64,000 bases of DNA from Heterodontus francisci (GCF_036365525.1 NC_090371.1:95698211-95762210), one strand, 5' to 3'. Shown: positions 1 to 12,752, numbered from the stretch's first letter. Notes: generated from the letters alone by a model not told the origin. Numbers and translations are program-made.

Positions 1-3000
1 CAGCTACTCGAAATCCGCATTTCGGATCTGGAGCGGCAGCTGGGGACACTGTGGAGCATTCGCAAGGCTGAAATCATCGTGGATAGCACGTACAGGGAGG
101 TGGTCACACCGCAGGTAAGGACTGCTCAGGCAGAAAGGGAATGGGTGACCGCCAGGCAGAGCAGAACAACTAGGCAGGTAGTGCAGGAGTCCCCGGGGTC
201 CATCTCCCTCTTCAACAGATTTTCCGCTTTGGTTACTGCTGGGGGAGATAGCTTCTCAGGGGAATGCAGCAACAGCCAAGTCTGTGGCACCACGGGTGGC
301 TTAGCTGCACAGGAGGGGAGGAAAAGGAGTGGGAGAGCTATAGTGATAGGGGGTTCTATCATAAGGGGTACAGATAGGCGTTTCTATGGCCACAAACATG
401 ACTCCAGGATGGCACGTTGCCTCCCTGGTGCTCGGGTCAAGGATGTCACGGAGCGGCTGTAGGGCATTCTGAATGGGAAGGATGAACTGTCAGAGGTCGT
501 GGTTCACATTGGTACTAACGACATAGGTAGAAAGAGGGATGAGGTCCTGCAGCAAGAATTTAGGGAGCTAGGTAGCAGATTAAAAAGCAGGACCTCAAAG
601 GTTGTAATCGCTGGATTACTTCGGGTACCATGTGTTAGTGAGTATAGGAATAGGAGGATAGCGCAGATGAATGCGTGGCTGAAGACATGGTGCAGGAGGG
701 AGGGCTTTAGTTTCCTGGAGCACTGGGTCTGTTACTGGCCAAGGTGGGACCTGTACAAGTTGGACAGGTTGCACCTCAACCAGAATGGGACCAACATCCG
801 TGCTGTTGGGGGTGGGGGGTGGTTTAAACTAACTTGGCATAGAGATGGGATACAGAGTGGAAGTACAGTAGGGGGTGATGCACAGCCAAATATAGAAGAG
901 AAACTAAGTCAGTCTGGAAGGCAGAGCAAATATAGACCTGTTAAGGCACAAGCGGATAATGCAAGGCTGGATTGCATCTATTTTAATGCAAGGAGTCTTA
1001 CTAGTAAGGCAGATGAATTGATTAACACATGGGAATATGATAATATTGCTATCACAGAGACATGGTTGAGGGAAGGACAAGACTGGTAGCTCAATATTCC
1101 AGGGTATAGAATCTTCAGGCGTAACAGTGGGAGCTGGGGGGGGGGAAAGAGCGGGAGTGTAAAAGAGGAGGGTAATAATAGGGTAATAGGGTAATAATAG
1201 TAGGGGATTTTAACTTCCCCAATATCAACTGGGATAGTCTTAGTGCAAAAGGCTTAAAAGGGGACGGAATTTTTAATGTGCGTACAGGAGAGCCTTTTGA
1301 GCCAGCATGTAGAAAGTCCAACAGGAGAAGGGGTGTTACTGAACCTAATCCTAGGGAGTGAAGCCCGACAAGTGGTATAAGTGTCAGTGAGGAAGAATTT
1401 CAGGGATAGTGACCATAACTCTAAGATTTAAGGGAGTTATGGAAAAGGACAAAGATGGACCAGAAATAAAAGGTACTGAACTGGGGTGGGGGGAGAAGGC
1501 CGACTTCAATATGATAAAACAAGATCTGGCCAAAGTGGACTGGGAGCAGCTACTTGTAGGAAAGTCTACATCAGACCAGTGGGAGTCATTCAAAAAGGAA
1601 AGAGAGAGTGTTCAGGGCCAACATGTTCCCGTAAAGGTGAAGGGTAGGACCAACAAGTCAAGGGAACCCTGGATATCAAGGGATATAGAGGATTGGATGA
1701 GGAAAGAAAAGGAGGCTTATGGCAGACACAGACCGCTGAAAACAGCGGAGGCCCTAAAGGAGTATAGAAAGTGTAGGGGGGTACTTAAAAAAAAATTAGG
1801 AGAGCAAAGAGGGGACATGAAAAAAAAAACTAGCGGGCAAGATAAAGGAAAATCCCAAGGCATTTTATAAGTATATTAAGGGCAAGAGGATAACCAAAGA
1901 AAGAGTAGGGTTCATTAGGGACCAAAGTGGCAATGTGTGTGTGGAGCCGGAGGATGTAGGTGAGGTTTTAAATGATTACTTTTCATCTGTGTTCACTATG
2001 GAGAAGGACGATGTAGGTGTAGCGATCAGGGAGGGACTGTGATATGCTTGAACAAATTAGCATCGAAAGGGAGGAAGTATAAGCGATTTTAGCAGGCGTA
2101 AAAGTGGATAAATCCTCAGGCCCAGATGAGATGTATCCCAGGCTGTTATGTGAGGCAAGAGAGGAGATAGCAGGGGCTCTGACACAAATTTTCAAATCCT
2201 CTCTGGCCACAGGAGAGGTGCCAGAGGACTGGAGGACAGCGAATGTGGTACCATTATTCAAGAAGGTAGCAGGGATAAACCAGGCAATTACAGGCCAATG
2301 GGTCTAACATCAGTGGTAGGGAAACTATTGGAAAACATCCTGAGGGACAGGATTAATGTCCACTTGGAGAGGCAGGGATTAATCAAGGATGGTCAGTATG
2401 ACTTTATCAGGGGGAAATCATGTCCAACAAACTTGATTGAATGTTTCGAGGAGGTGACTAGATGTGTAGATGTGGTAAAGCAGTTGATGTAGTCTACATG
2501 GACTTCAGTAAGGCTTTTGATAAGGTCCTGCATGAGAGATTGGTTAAGAAGGCAAGAGCCCAAGGGATCCAGGCAATTTGCAAATTGGATCGAAAATTAG
2601 CTTCGTGGCAGGAGGCAGAGGGTGATGGTCAAGGGTTGTTTTTGCGATTGGAAGCCTGTGACCAGTTGTGTACCGCAGGGATTGGTGCTGGACCCTTGCT
2701 GTTTGTACTGTACATTAATGATTTAGACGTGAATATAGGAGGTATTATCAGTAAGTTCGCAGATGACACGGAAATTGGTGGTGTTGTAAATAGTGAGGAC
2801 GAAAGCCTTAGATTACAGAACGATAGAGATGGGCTGGTAAGATAGGCACAGCAGTGGCAAATAGAATTTAATCCTGAGAAATGTGAGGTGATGCATTTTG
2901 GGAGGACTAACAAGGCAAGGGAATATACAATGGATGGTAGGACCCAAGGAAGTACAGAGGGTCAGCGGGATCTTGGTGTACTTGTCCATAGCTCAGTGAA

Positions 3001-3076
3001 GGCAGCAGCACAGGTAGATAAGGTGGTTAGGAAGGCATATGGGATACTTGCTGTTATTAGCCGAGGCATAGAATAT

Positions 3077-3274
3077 GCCAAAGACTTGCAGGTTGATAGG
3101 TTAATTGGCCATCATAAATTGCCCCTAGTATAGGTAGGTGGTAGGGAAATATATAGGGACAGGTGGGGATGTGATAGAAATACGGGATTAGTGTAGGATT
3201 AGTATAAATGGGTGGTTGATGGTCGGCACAGACCCGGTGGGCCGAAGGGCCTGTTTAAGTGCTGTATCTCTAAA
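3077..3274 (+). mobile_element. 5'-truncated V-SINE (HE1-like) inserted in CR1 ORF2
   Basis: Matches the 3' half of the SINE at 3796-4153. It interrupts the CR1 sequence gaatat|aagagcagggagg. Confidence 0.9.
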
Positions 3275-3795
3275 CATAAGAGCAGGGAGGTTATGATGGA
3301 GCTGTATAAAACGCTAGTTAGACCACAGCTGGAGTGCTGTGTACAGTTCTGTTGGCCACACTACAGGAAGGATGTGATTGCACTGGAGAGAGTGCAGAGG
3401 AGATTCACAAGGATGTTGCCTGGGCTGGAGCATTTCAGCTGTGAAGAGAGACTGAAAAGGCTAGGATTGTTTTCCTTAGAGCAGAGAAAGCTGAGGGGGG
3501 ACCTGATTGAGGTATACAAAATTATGAGGGGCATAGACAGGGTAGATAGGAAAAAACTTTTTCCCTGAACGGTGGGGTCAATAACCAGGGGCCCATAGAT
3601 TTAGAGTAAGAGGCAGTAGGTTTAGAGGGGATTTGAGGGGGAAAAAAATTCACCCAGAGGGTGGTTGGAATCTGGAACACATTGCCTGAAAGGGTGGTAG
3701 AGGTAGGAACCTTCACAACATTTCAGAAGTATTTAGATGAGCACTTGAAACGCCATAGCATACAAGACCACGGGCCAAGTGCTGGAAAATGGGAT

Positions 3796-4153
3796 TTTTT
3801 TTTTTAGATTAGAGATACAGCACTGAAACAGGCCCTTCGGCCCACCGAATCTGTGCCGAACATCAACCACCCATTTTATACTAATCCTACACTAATCCCA
3901 TATTCCCAACAAACATCCCCACCTATCCCTATATTTCCCTACCACCTACCTATACTAGTGACAATTTATAATGGCCAATTTACCTATCAACCTGAAAGTC
4001 TTTTGGCTTGTGGGAGGAAACCGGAGCACCCGGAGAAAACCCACGCAGACACAGGGAGAACTTGCAAACTCCACACAGGCAGTACCCGGAATCGAACCCG
4101 GGTCCCTGGAGCTGTGAGGCTGCGGTGCTAACCACTGCGCCACTGTGCCGCCC
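3796..4153 (-). mobile_element. Full-length tRNA-derived V-SINE (HE1-like)
   Basis: Minus strand has A box tggcgcagtgg, B box ggttcgattcc, V-domain gtgtggagtttgcaagttctccc...ccggtttcctcccaca, a CR1-like tail and an A-rich end. It is inserted in the CR1 3' end. Confidence 0.93.
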
Positions 4154-4484
4154 TGTAGAATAGATACGTGCTTGATGGCCAGCATGGATACAATGGGCCG
4201 AAAGGCCTATTTCTGTGGTGTATAACTCTATGACTCTATTTCACTGCTAGGTTTGCAATTAAGGTCCCTCTCTGACAGCAGCAAAATTGCTGAGACCCCA
4301 AATGTCTATTCAAAAGTGGTCAGAATTGCAGGAGGCTGAGTTGTATTTTTGCAAATCTTAAAGCCTAAAAGCAGTAAAGAGTACTTAAATCCTGCAAGGC
4401 TACAACAGGACTTTCTTACATGGAGTAAATGTTTTTTGGCAGTACTGAATCTGAAAGGTAGCAACAGCTTCATAGGTACAGTAC

Positions 4485-4543
4485 CTTTCAGTGCTAAAGA
4501 GGTCACAGCTTGCACTTTTTCTTCTCTTTTGTTCAATGCCTGC
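4485..4543 (-). CDS. Candidate internal coding exon (59 nt, phase 2->1): (R)QALNKREEKVQAVTSLALK
   Basis: Acceptor ttcacatttttaag, donor aag|gtactg, open frame in non-repeat DNA. Phase fits the candidate exon at 25717-25840. Protein not recognised. Confidence 0.4.
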
Positions 4544-5547
4544 CTTAAAAATGTGAAGCACAGACATGGTTGATTGGAAGCTTCTTTCACAAGGAGCGTA
4601 GAAACAAAAGATGTAAAAAGCCGAAGTTGTGATCTTTCAGCAATGATAGATACCAAAAAAAGAACTGCAGCTTTAACACATTAAAGCAAAATGTTAGAGC
4701 AGAACGGAACAAACAAAGCCCTCATTTCTGCTCCAATGCATATAAAGCTGCCAGATTACCACAACCACATTAACAAAATGCTGTTTTCTTAAAGGGTCTA
4801 AATAATTGCCGACTTAATTGTCTTCTGATCTTTTAAAAATTATCAGCAAAATTAAGTGAAGCATCAAGGTAGCAATCTCAACATTGAGGTAGACAAAGGA
4901 TACTAACTATTGGTACGCTGCCAACAGCTATGATGCCGTAGTTGAGATCGCTTGACAACACATCCACGGAGAAGCATTGATCTGAAATCAAAGCTGTGAA
5001 TGCTGTAGCTAATGACCTGTGCTCCAATTCCAGGATATCTTTTGACAGATTTTAAAGCATGGGCTGGAGGTGATGGTGGAAGTTCCAGAGGATCTCAATG
5101 CCTTCCATCTGGCCTTGGGTCAATATGGAAAATGCTGTAACCAATACTTCAGATCTAAACCTTTCCCATTAACAGGCTCAGAAGACAAACAAATTCCCTG
5201 CTACAATGCTAATTTATTTATTTAAAAAGCGAGAGCTGAACCACAAAGGTCATTTAAGCAGAATTTAAAATAGAGCAACTATTTATGTTGAACATAAAAA
5301 GAAATCAAACTACACATAAATTTATTTTATGAAATTAAAGAGGGTCTGCATAAAGGATTTTCCATTTATATCCTGAAGTAAACTATTAGATTTTTCACGA
5401 ACAAAGCAGATCATTTTGAACCAAAAATGGACCCATGTACATATGTTAAGTAAGTGTTCATTACTATGCTTAGATTTATACTAAAATAGATCCTGAAGAA
5501 CTTTCAAATATAATGCACATTGAAAGGCAGTTGGGAGTAACGTACAC

Positions 5548-6070
5548 AGTGAAGGCTATGGGTCCTGACAATATCCTGGCTGAATACCTAAACACCAGAT
5601 TTAACTGCTCTCCTACCCAAACTGTTCCAGTACAGTTATGACACTGGGAGCTACATGGCAACATGGAATATTTCCCCAGTTTGTCAGATTCATAAATCGC
5701 AGGATATATCTCAACCAGCAGTTACCAAACTATCACCCTCCGGCCCAACATCAGTAAGATGATGGGAGGGGTCAATAATTCCAATCAACAACTACGAATA
5801 GCTTGAGTTCCACCAGAGCCACTCAATTGCTGACCTCATCATAGCCTCAATCCAGACTTGGACACAGAGAAGCGAGAGAAATTGCCCTTAGCATCAAGTC
5901 AGCCATTGGCCAAGTTTAGCACCATGGAGTCCTAAACTGGCCAATGGGAGTGGCAGGGTGGGTGGAGCTCAAAAGTAAAATCCACCAGTGATAGGAATTA
6001 TATGGAACACAACGACGATGCTGATTGTGACTAACAGAAGCCAATTATCACAGCTTCAGGACATCTTTGT
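5548..6070 (+). mobile_element. Old LINE-B (CR1/L2-group) RT fragment; 3' part continues at 9420-9890
   Basis: Degenerate RT N-terminal sequence (gtgaaggctatgggtcctgacaatatcc...). Its 3' part resembles the start of LINE-B at 55520. Confidence 0.7.
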
Positions 6071-6096
6071 AGGACAGAGTAGTCTTGTGGTTATGC

Positions 6097-9056
6097 CATA
6101 AAAACCATAGGGCAATAATAGTTGGGGATTTCAACTACCCCAATATCAACTGGAATACAAGCAGTGTGAAGGGCACAGAGGGGACAAAATTCTTGAACTG
6201 TGTTCAAGGGAACTTTTTTGGCCAGCATGTAACAAGCCCAATGAGAGGGGGCATAATTCTAGATTTGGTCTTCAGTAATGAAGCTGGGCAAGTGGAGGAA
6301 GTAACAGTGGGTGATCATTTTGGAGATAGTGACCATAATACAGTTAGTTTTAGCATAATCATGGAAAATGACAAAGATAAAACAGGAGCAAAAGTTCTAA
6401 ATTGGGGAAGGCCAATTTTAAGAAATTAAGAGGTGACCTGGCGAAAGTGGACTGGATACAGTGATTTGAAGGAAAATCAGTGGCAAACCAGTGGGAGGCA
6501 TTCAAGCATGAGATACTACAGGCAGTGTAGACATGTTCCCACAAAGATAAAGGGTGGTCCTGCCAAATCTAGTTATCTAGAAGCTTACTGGGTAAGTTAA
6601 AGCAGAAAAAGAAAGCTGATGACAATCACAAAAATCTTAATACTTTAGAAAGCCTGGAGGAGTATAGAAAGTGCAGGGGTAAAGTAAAAAAGGAAATTAG
6701 ATAAGCAAAGAGAGGACATGAAAAATTGGCAGGTAAAATCAAGGAAAACCCAAAGATGTTTTATCAGTACATCAACAGCAAGAAGATAACTAAGGCAAGG
6801 GTAGGACCTATCAGAAATGTACAAGGGAATTTATGCATGGATGTAGATGATGTGGGCAGGGTTCTTAATGAGTTTTTTGTCTCTGGAGAGGGCTGATGTA
6901 GACAATGTAGTTAAAGAGGAGGAGTGTGAAATATTAGATACAATAAGCAAAATGAGAAAGTACCAGAGGGTCTGACATCCTTGAAAGTGGATAAATCGTC
7001 AGGGCTGGATGGATTGCACCCAGGTTGTTAAAGGAAGCCAGGGAGGAAATAGCGGATGCGCTGAGGATCATCTTCAAATCCTCACTAGATACAGGAGAGA
7101 TACCAGACGATTGAAGGTCTGCGAACGTTGTACCATTGTTTAAAAAGGGTGTGAGGGCTAAGCCAAATAATTATAGGCCGGTCTGTCTGACCTTGGTGAT
7201 GGGTAAGTTGTTAGAATCTATTCTGAGGGACAGGATAAACTAAAGGCACGGATTAATCAGGGATAGTCAGCATGGATTTGTTAAGGGAAGGTCATGTCTT
7301 ACTAACTTAATTGAGTTTTTTAAGGAAGTAACAAGAAGGATTGATGAGGGTAATGCAGTGGATGTGGTCTACATGGATTGTAGTAAGGCATTTGACAAGG
7401 TCCCACATGACAGACTCGTCAGTAAAATGAAAGCCCATGGAATACAAAGCCTGTCCACCATCTACAAGGCACTAGTCAGGAGTGTGATGGAATACTCTCC
7501 ACTTGCCTGGATGGGTGCAGCTCCAACAACACTCAAGAAGCTTGACACCATCCAGGACAAAGCAGCCCGCTTGATTGGCCCCCCATCTACAAACATTCAC
7601 TCCCTCCACCACTGACGCACAGTGGCAGCAGTGTGTACCATCTCCAAGATGCACTGCAGCAACGCACCAAGGCTCCTTAGACAGCACCTTCCAAACCCGC
7701 GACCTCTACCAACTAGAAGGACAAGGGCAGCAAATGCATGGGAACACTACCACCTGCAAGTTCCCCTGCAAGTCACACACCATCCTGACTTGGAACTATA
7801 TCGCCGTTCCTTCACTGTCGCTGGGTCAAAATCCTGGAACTCCCTTCCTAACAGCACTGTGGGTATACCTACCCCAAATGGACTGCAGCGGTTCAAGAAG
7901 GCAGCTCACCACCACCTTCTCAAGGGCAATTAGGGATGGGCAATAAATGCTGGCCTAGCCAGTGACACCCACATCCCTAAATGAATATTAAAAAAAAAAT
8001 ACAGGGGAATGTGGCAGGTTGGATCCAGAATTGGCTCAGGGACAGGAAACAAAGGGTAGTGGTCGATGGATGTTTTTGCGAATGGAAAGCTGTTTCCAGT
8101 GGCGTTCCACAGGGCTCAGTGTTGGGTCCCTTGGCGTTTGTGGTATCTGTTAATGATTTGGATTTAAATGTGGGAGGCATGAATGGGACATTTGCTGATG
8201 ACACAAACATTGGCCGTGTAGTTGATGGTGAAGGGGACAGGAAGATATCAATGGTTTGGTTGAGTGGACGGAAAAGTGGAAAATGGAATTCAAACCAGAG
8301 AAGTGTGAGGTAATGCATTTGGGGAAGGCAAATAAAGCAAGGAAGGATATTGAGAGGGGCTGAAGAAGTGCACCTTGGAGTACATGTCCACAGGTCCCTG
8401 AAGGTGGCAGGACAGGTAGATACAGTGAAGACATATGGAATGCTTTCCTTTATTGGCTGAGGTATAGAACTCAAAAGCAGGGATGTCGTGCTGGAACTAT
8501 ATAAAACGCTAGTTAGGTCACAGTTGAAGTATTACAGTTCTGGTCACCACATTACAGAAAGGTCATAATTGCTCTGGAAAGAGAACAGAGGACATTTACA
8601 AGAATGTTGCCAGGGCTCAAAAGTTGCAGCTATGAGGAAAGATTGGATAGACTCGGGTTGTTTTCCTTAGACCAGAGGAGCTGAGGGGTGACTTAATAGT
8701 GGTGTACAAAATAGAGTAGACAGGAAGGACCTGTTTCCCCTAGCAGAGATGTCAATTACCAGGGGGTACAGATTTAAGGTGATTGGTAGAAGGATTACAA
8801 GGGACATGAGGAAAAACTTTTTCATCCAGAGGGTTATGGGTATCCGGAATTCACTGCCAGGAATGGCGGTGCAGGCAGAAACCCTCAGTTCTTTTAAAAG
8901 GTACCTGGACTTGCATCTGAAGTGCTGTAACCGGCAAGGCTATGGACCAGGTGCTGGAAGGTGGGATTAGATTGGGTGGCTAGTTTTCTCGGCTGGAACG
9001 GACACAATGGACTGAATGGCCTCCTTCTGTGCTGTAATTTTTCTATGGTTCTATGA
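6097..9056 (+). mobile_element. CR1 LINE, 5'-truncated, decayed
   Basis: Motifs [43 protein letters not shown]; tail ttctatggttctatga. Confidence 0.95.
7447..7997 (+). mobile_element. LINE-B 3' fragment inserted in CR1 RT
   Basis: ORF2 C-terminus ...SWNSLP...FKKAAHHHLLKGN*, A-rich tail, TSD AATACA at 7441-7446 and 7998-8003. Confidence 0.92.
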
Positions 9057-9345
9057 TGCTGGACTCGCTAACCAGATTTCATGAGTTCATAATCTCACCA
9101 CGCCATGTTGTTGCACTTGATTCACAAAGTTAGTAATTTGCAGACTAGCATCAGAAAACAACAATGAACGTTGCCAGATCATTGCAAAAAAAAAAATTCA
9201 CTATGTCCTTCAGGGAAGACAATTTACCACCTCTAGCTGGTCTGGCCTACACATGACTCAAGTTCTACAATATGTGGTTGGCTCTTGGTGTCCTGAGAGA
9301 TGGGGAATAAATACCTCCTTGCAAGGGTTGCCCACATTTTAAGAA
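9057..9345 (+). mobile_element. Old SINE-B body (head left behind at ~6072-6096)
   Basis: Degenerate match to 20243-20655 (ttcactatgtccttcagggaag...ggtctggcctacacatgactc). Confidence 0.75.
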
Positions 9346-9419
9346 TTGTTCTTCTTTTGTTTCAGAGTGTACAGTAGCCTAGTGGATATGGTACTGGACT
9401 TCCAACCCAGAATTGTAAA

Positions 9420-9890
9420 AGCAGCTGCTTCAATGGTTTTTCCCTCTGCCATAAAGACAATGTTGGATCGGAGCAACTGCAACACTCAAGAAGGTAACAC
9501 CACCCAAGACAGACTAGTTGGTTTGATTCACAATCCTACCACCATACTCAATATCTACCCCTTGTATCTGCACTATGTTTAGGAAAGCAGAAACTCACCA
9601 ATTTTACTTTGATGGCACCTCCCTCCACTGTGCCCACTACAGAGAAGAACAAAAGCAGCAATGTTGCAGCAACATCATAACCACCAAACTCCTCCAAGTT
9701 CCCCTCCAAGTCACTTCCACTGTTCCTTCATACTCAATGTGTCAAAATCCCAGAATTCTCTACCTAACATCGCACATGACCAAAAAGAACTACAGCGATT
9801 CAAGAAGGCCCAACACCTTTTCAGCCAGCGTGGGATGGACAATAAATGCAGCTTTGCCAGCGTCACCCTTGTTCAGAGAATAGAATAAAA
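9420..9890 (+). mobile_element. Old LINE-B 3' end
   Basis: Degenerate match to 7520-7990 (caacactcaagaag...cagcgattcaagaagg...caataaatgc). Confidence 0.8.
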
Positions 9891-10634
9891 CTAAATAAAT
9901 AAATTCTCTCCAAATCACAACTGCATTAATACTGAAAAATAATATATGCTGACACTTTAGGCAAGTACCAATAAATAAATAAATAAATATATCCCATTGC
10001 AACCCTTATGATGTCAGATGATGTGTTTTTTTTAATGAATCTATTTTCATTGACTTATTGCACCCGATTTTAAGTCTATGCGAGTGGGTGGGTTTTGAAT
10101 AAGTTAAAATCTCTCCCGCTCTCTCCAGTCTCTTTCTATCTGTTTCCCACTCTTGAATGTGAGGGCCTCTCTGACCCCCCTCTCAAATTCACTGTTGGTC
10201 TCATACTCAGTCACATACTCCATGCCTTTGCTTCAACCCAGTTTTTCCTGTGTGCACGCACCATTTTTTCTCTACTGGTCTCTTCACCCTTCTCCCTGTG
10301 AAAAACACTTTGAAAACTCTAGTTCCAAAGGCTGTGCTTTATTGTGTTTTGAAGACCTCACTAAAACCATGCTCTCAAATACAATGAAAGCCTGACATGT
10401 TTACGTGCGAGATCCAAAGGGCTTAGATTGTCCACATGTAATCATACTGTTGTAAACTGGTAGTTTTCTTGATCGTGTTTTCATAGATATAAGACTCTTG
10501 CATGCTGAGAATTGGAGGCATACGTGCTTACTGGAAGCTATGGTTGATCCCTCTTCAGCTAACAACTAAACTAACAGAGGGTTAGCTTTGGGAAGACCTT
10601 ACATTCAAGCCCTAGATCTCAGGAGCCACTGTTC

Positions 10635-10896
10635 TTTTATTTATTTATATTTATTTATTTCTAGATACAGCACTGAAACAGGCCCTTCAGCCCACCGAGT
10701 CTGTGCTGACCATCAACCACCCATTTACCTATCAACCTGCAAGTCTTAGGCTGTGGGAGGAAACCGGAGCACCCGGCGAAAACCCACACGGTCACAGGGA
10801 GAACTTGCAAACTCCGCACAGTCAGTACCCAGGATGGAACCCGGGTCGCTGCAGCTGTGAGGCTGCGGTGCTAACCACTGCGCCACTGTGCCGCCC
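10635..10896 (-). mobile_element. V-SINE (HE1-like) with ~100-bp internal deletion
   Basis: Same head and V-domain as 3796-4153; (TAAA)n-type tail. Confidence 0.92.
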
Positions 10897-12559
10897 CTGG
10901 TACAAAATATCCTTTGACACATTTTTAAAACACAGAGTTAGTATACATGTTTTATGTTTAGCACATCCCCTACCTGTTCAGTGTGATTTCTTGTTGTTTT
11001 GAGTACATGAATATGAAACTTGAGACAATTAGCTGCAAGAAATGTGCTAATACAGAATGTGTGGCATGTGAAATGTGAGAGCCAGACTACTGCTGGATGG
11101 GAACTGCGAGCAGCTGCATGCCACTGAACACACTTCTGCCTATAATGAGATCTGCTTATTTAAAATTTGACACTTCAGTTCATAGTGCATAGCAGCAGAG
11201 GAACGGCAGGTAACCAGTGGGCCAGAGGCTCAGCTCAAGGGTTCCGGGAGAGGTCAAGGGATTCAGGGTTTACAGGACCCATCTGAAAATCAAGTTTTCT
11301 AGCTCAGCATTCTCACATCATTTAGTCACTCGACAGTCCGGGAACAGTTTGGGGTAGGGGGACCATCTATGGAGGAAAGTTATCACCTGACCAAGCTACA
11401 ACCATCAAGTGTGGGGCCTTCTCCAATGTCCTCTGCAGCAGAGCCCTTCAATAGTGTCCGAAACTCAGGGACAGCTTTTATTAGCAATGCTTTCATAGGA
11501 GCTCTCAAAGAGCTATATGCCTTGTCTGGATTCACTATGTTGGGAAATCAGATTGCAAAGGCAATAAAGCAAGACACAAATGATCTGGTGTTGCACAGCA
11601 GTGTGCTCTCAAGCATATCTCCCAGACATGTTGAGGGGTGCCAGGAGTGCAATGACTGGAATCGATGTGGATAATAGCAATGTCTCTCAGGACAATGCCA
11701 CACCCTCAACGAGTCACATCGCATATCGACCCGGACAGCCACTGCAATAATCCTTGTGTTAAATGTCTTTGCAGTGGCATCTACAGACCCAACAGAAAGA
11801 AATGGTATTGGCCACCCTCGTCCCTGGAGGCAGCCATTAATTAGCACACAGCAAGCAACCACATCTCTTCCTGCTCCCACTGGGGAAACGCTTAGACAGA
11901 AGTGGAAGACACACACTATACACAGTCACAAAGGGGAGGCATCAGGGTGTACATTGCATCACACAGTTAAGGTGATTAAAACCTCGGATAATGCATACTC
12001 TACTGGCATTGAAAATTGTATTATTGGCCCCAGAAAATTCCTTTTATAAAGTGATCAAAAGTTGCAACATAAACGTTCTGCTTCCCTGGAGAAAAGTTCA
12101 ATCTGTCAATAATGTAACAACTGTCACTGGAAAAAAAGCTTTCAGACAGCACTGCTGTGAAACGCACCATATCCTTTATAATTATACAGTGTATCTGGGC
12201 CCCAAGAGATTATGACCTAGAATCAGAACACATCAATATCACTGAACAATGCAATGAAATCTTAACATAAGGAATGAAAAGGTCAGGGCAGAGGGAAGAG
12301 AAACTACTATCCACATAAACAACACAAACAATAGTTTTGACAAAACAGAAGTAGTTTCATCAATGCTGAATCAGTAGTCGACTGTAGCCTTCTATTACAT
12401 CAGCTAATAAATCAGTTAGCTATTTCAAGTTTAATATAGTTTCTTTTAGTTTTTTGTGCTGCAGAACAAAAAATAAAATCAACTGAATCCAACCATTTTA
12501 AATAAATCTATTCACAAAGTAGTATGAGTTAAGGGGGCACACTAAGGTTCTAGTTATTC

Positions 12560-12752
12560 CAAAATGTGGAATTGGAGCATAGCTGATTTTCCACAGGGAG
12601 TTATTGAAGTAGAAACTACTGTATCTTCCACAAGAGTAGATGAACTATCCGAAGCAGAGAAAGATACACAAGTATGGGAAAAGTGCAGATTAATGGGATT
12701 TGCTTGAGATAGTCCCGGTCCCAATCAACCAAATGCCCTTATTCTGTGCTGC
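12560..12752 (+). mobile_element. Very old CR1 3' fragment
   Basis: Weak match to the CR1 terminal region and 3'UTR (...tattctgtgctg). Confidence 0.5.

Larger units (their letters stand above)
1..4239 (+). mobile_element. CR1 LINE, near full length but decayed (ORF1 leucine zipper + SGNH esterase; ORF2 APE endonuclease + RT); 5' end outside window
   Basis: ORF1 motifs QLLEIRISDLERQL, AIVIGGSIIR, VHIGTND, DRLHLN. ORF2 motifs [33 protein letters not shown]. 3' tail ctctatgactctat at ~4226-4239. Endonuclease has an internal deletion near 1140-1190; two SINEs are nested inside. Confidence 0.96.

Noticed and set aside
499-1089. Apparent natural single ORF fusing esterase and endonuclease
   Set aside because: A deletion and G-run change near 800-820 shift the frame in this copy. 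The 40876 copy shows ORF1 ending at TTA AAC stop.
4085-4153. tRNA gene
   Set aside because: It is the tRNA-derived head of a SINE; the same applies to all other A/B-box hits.
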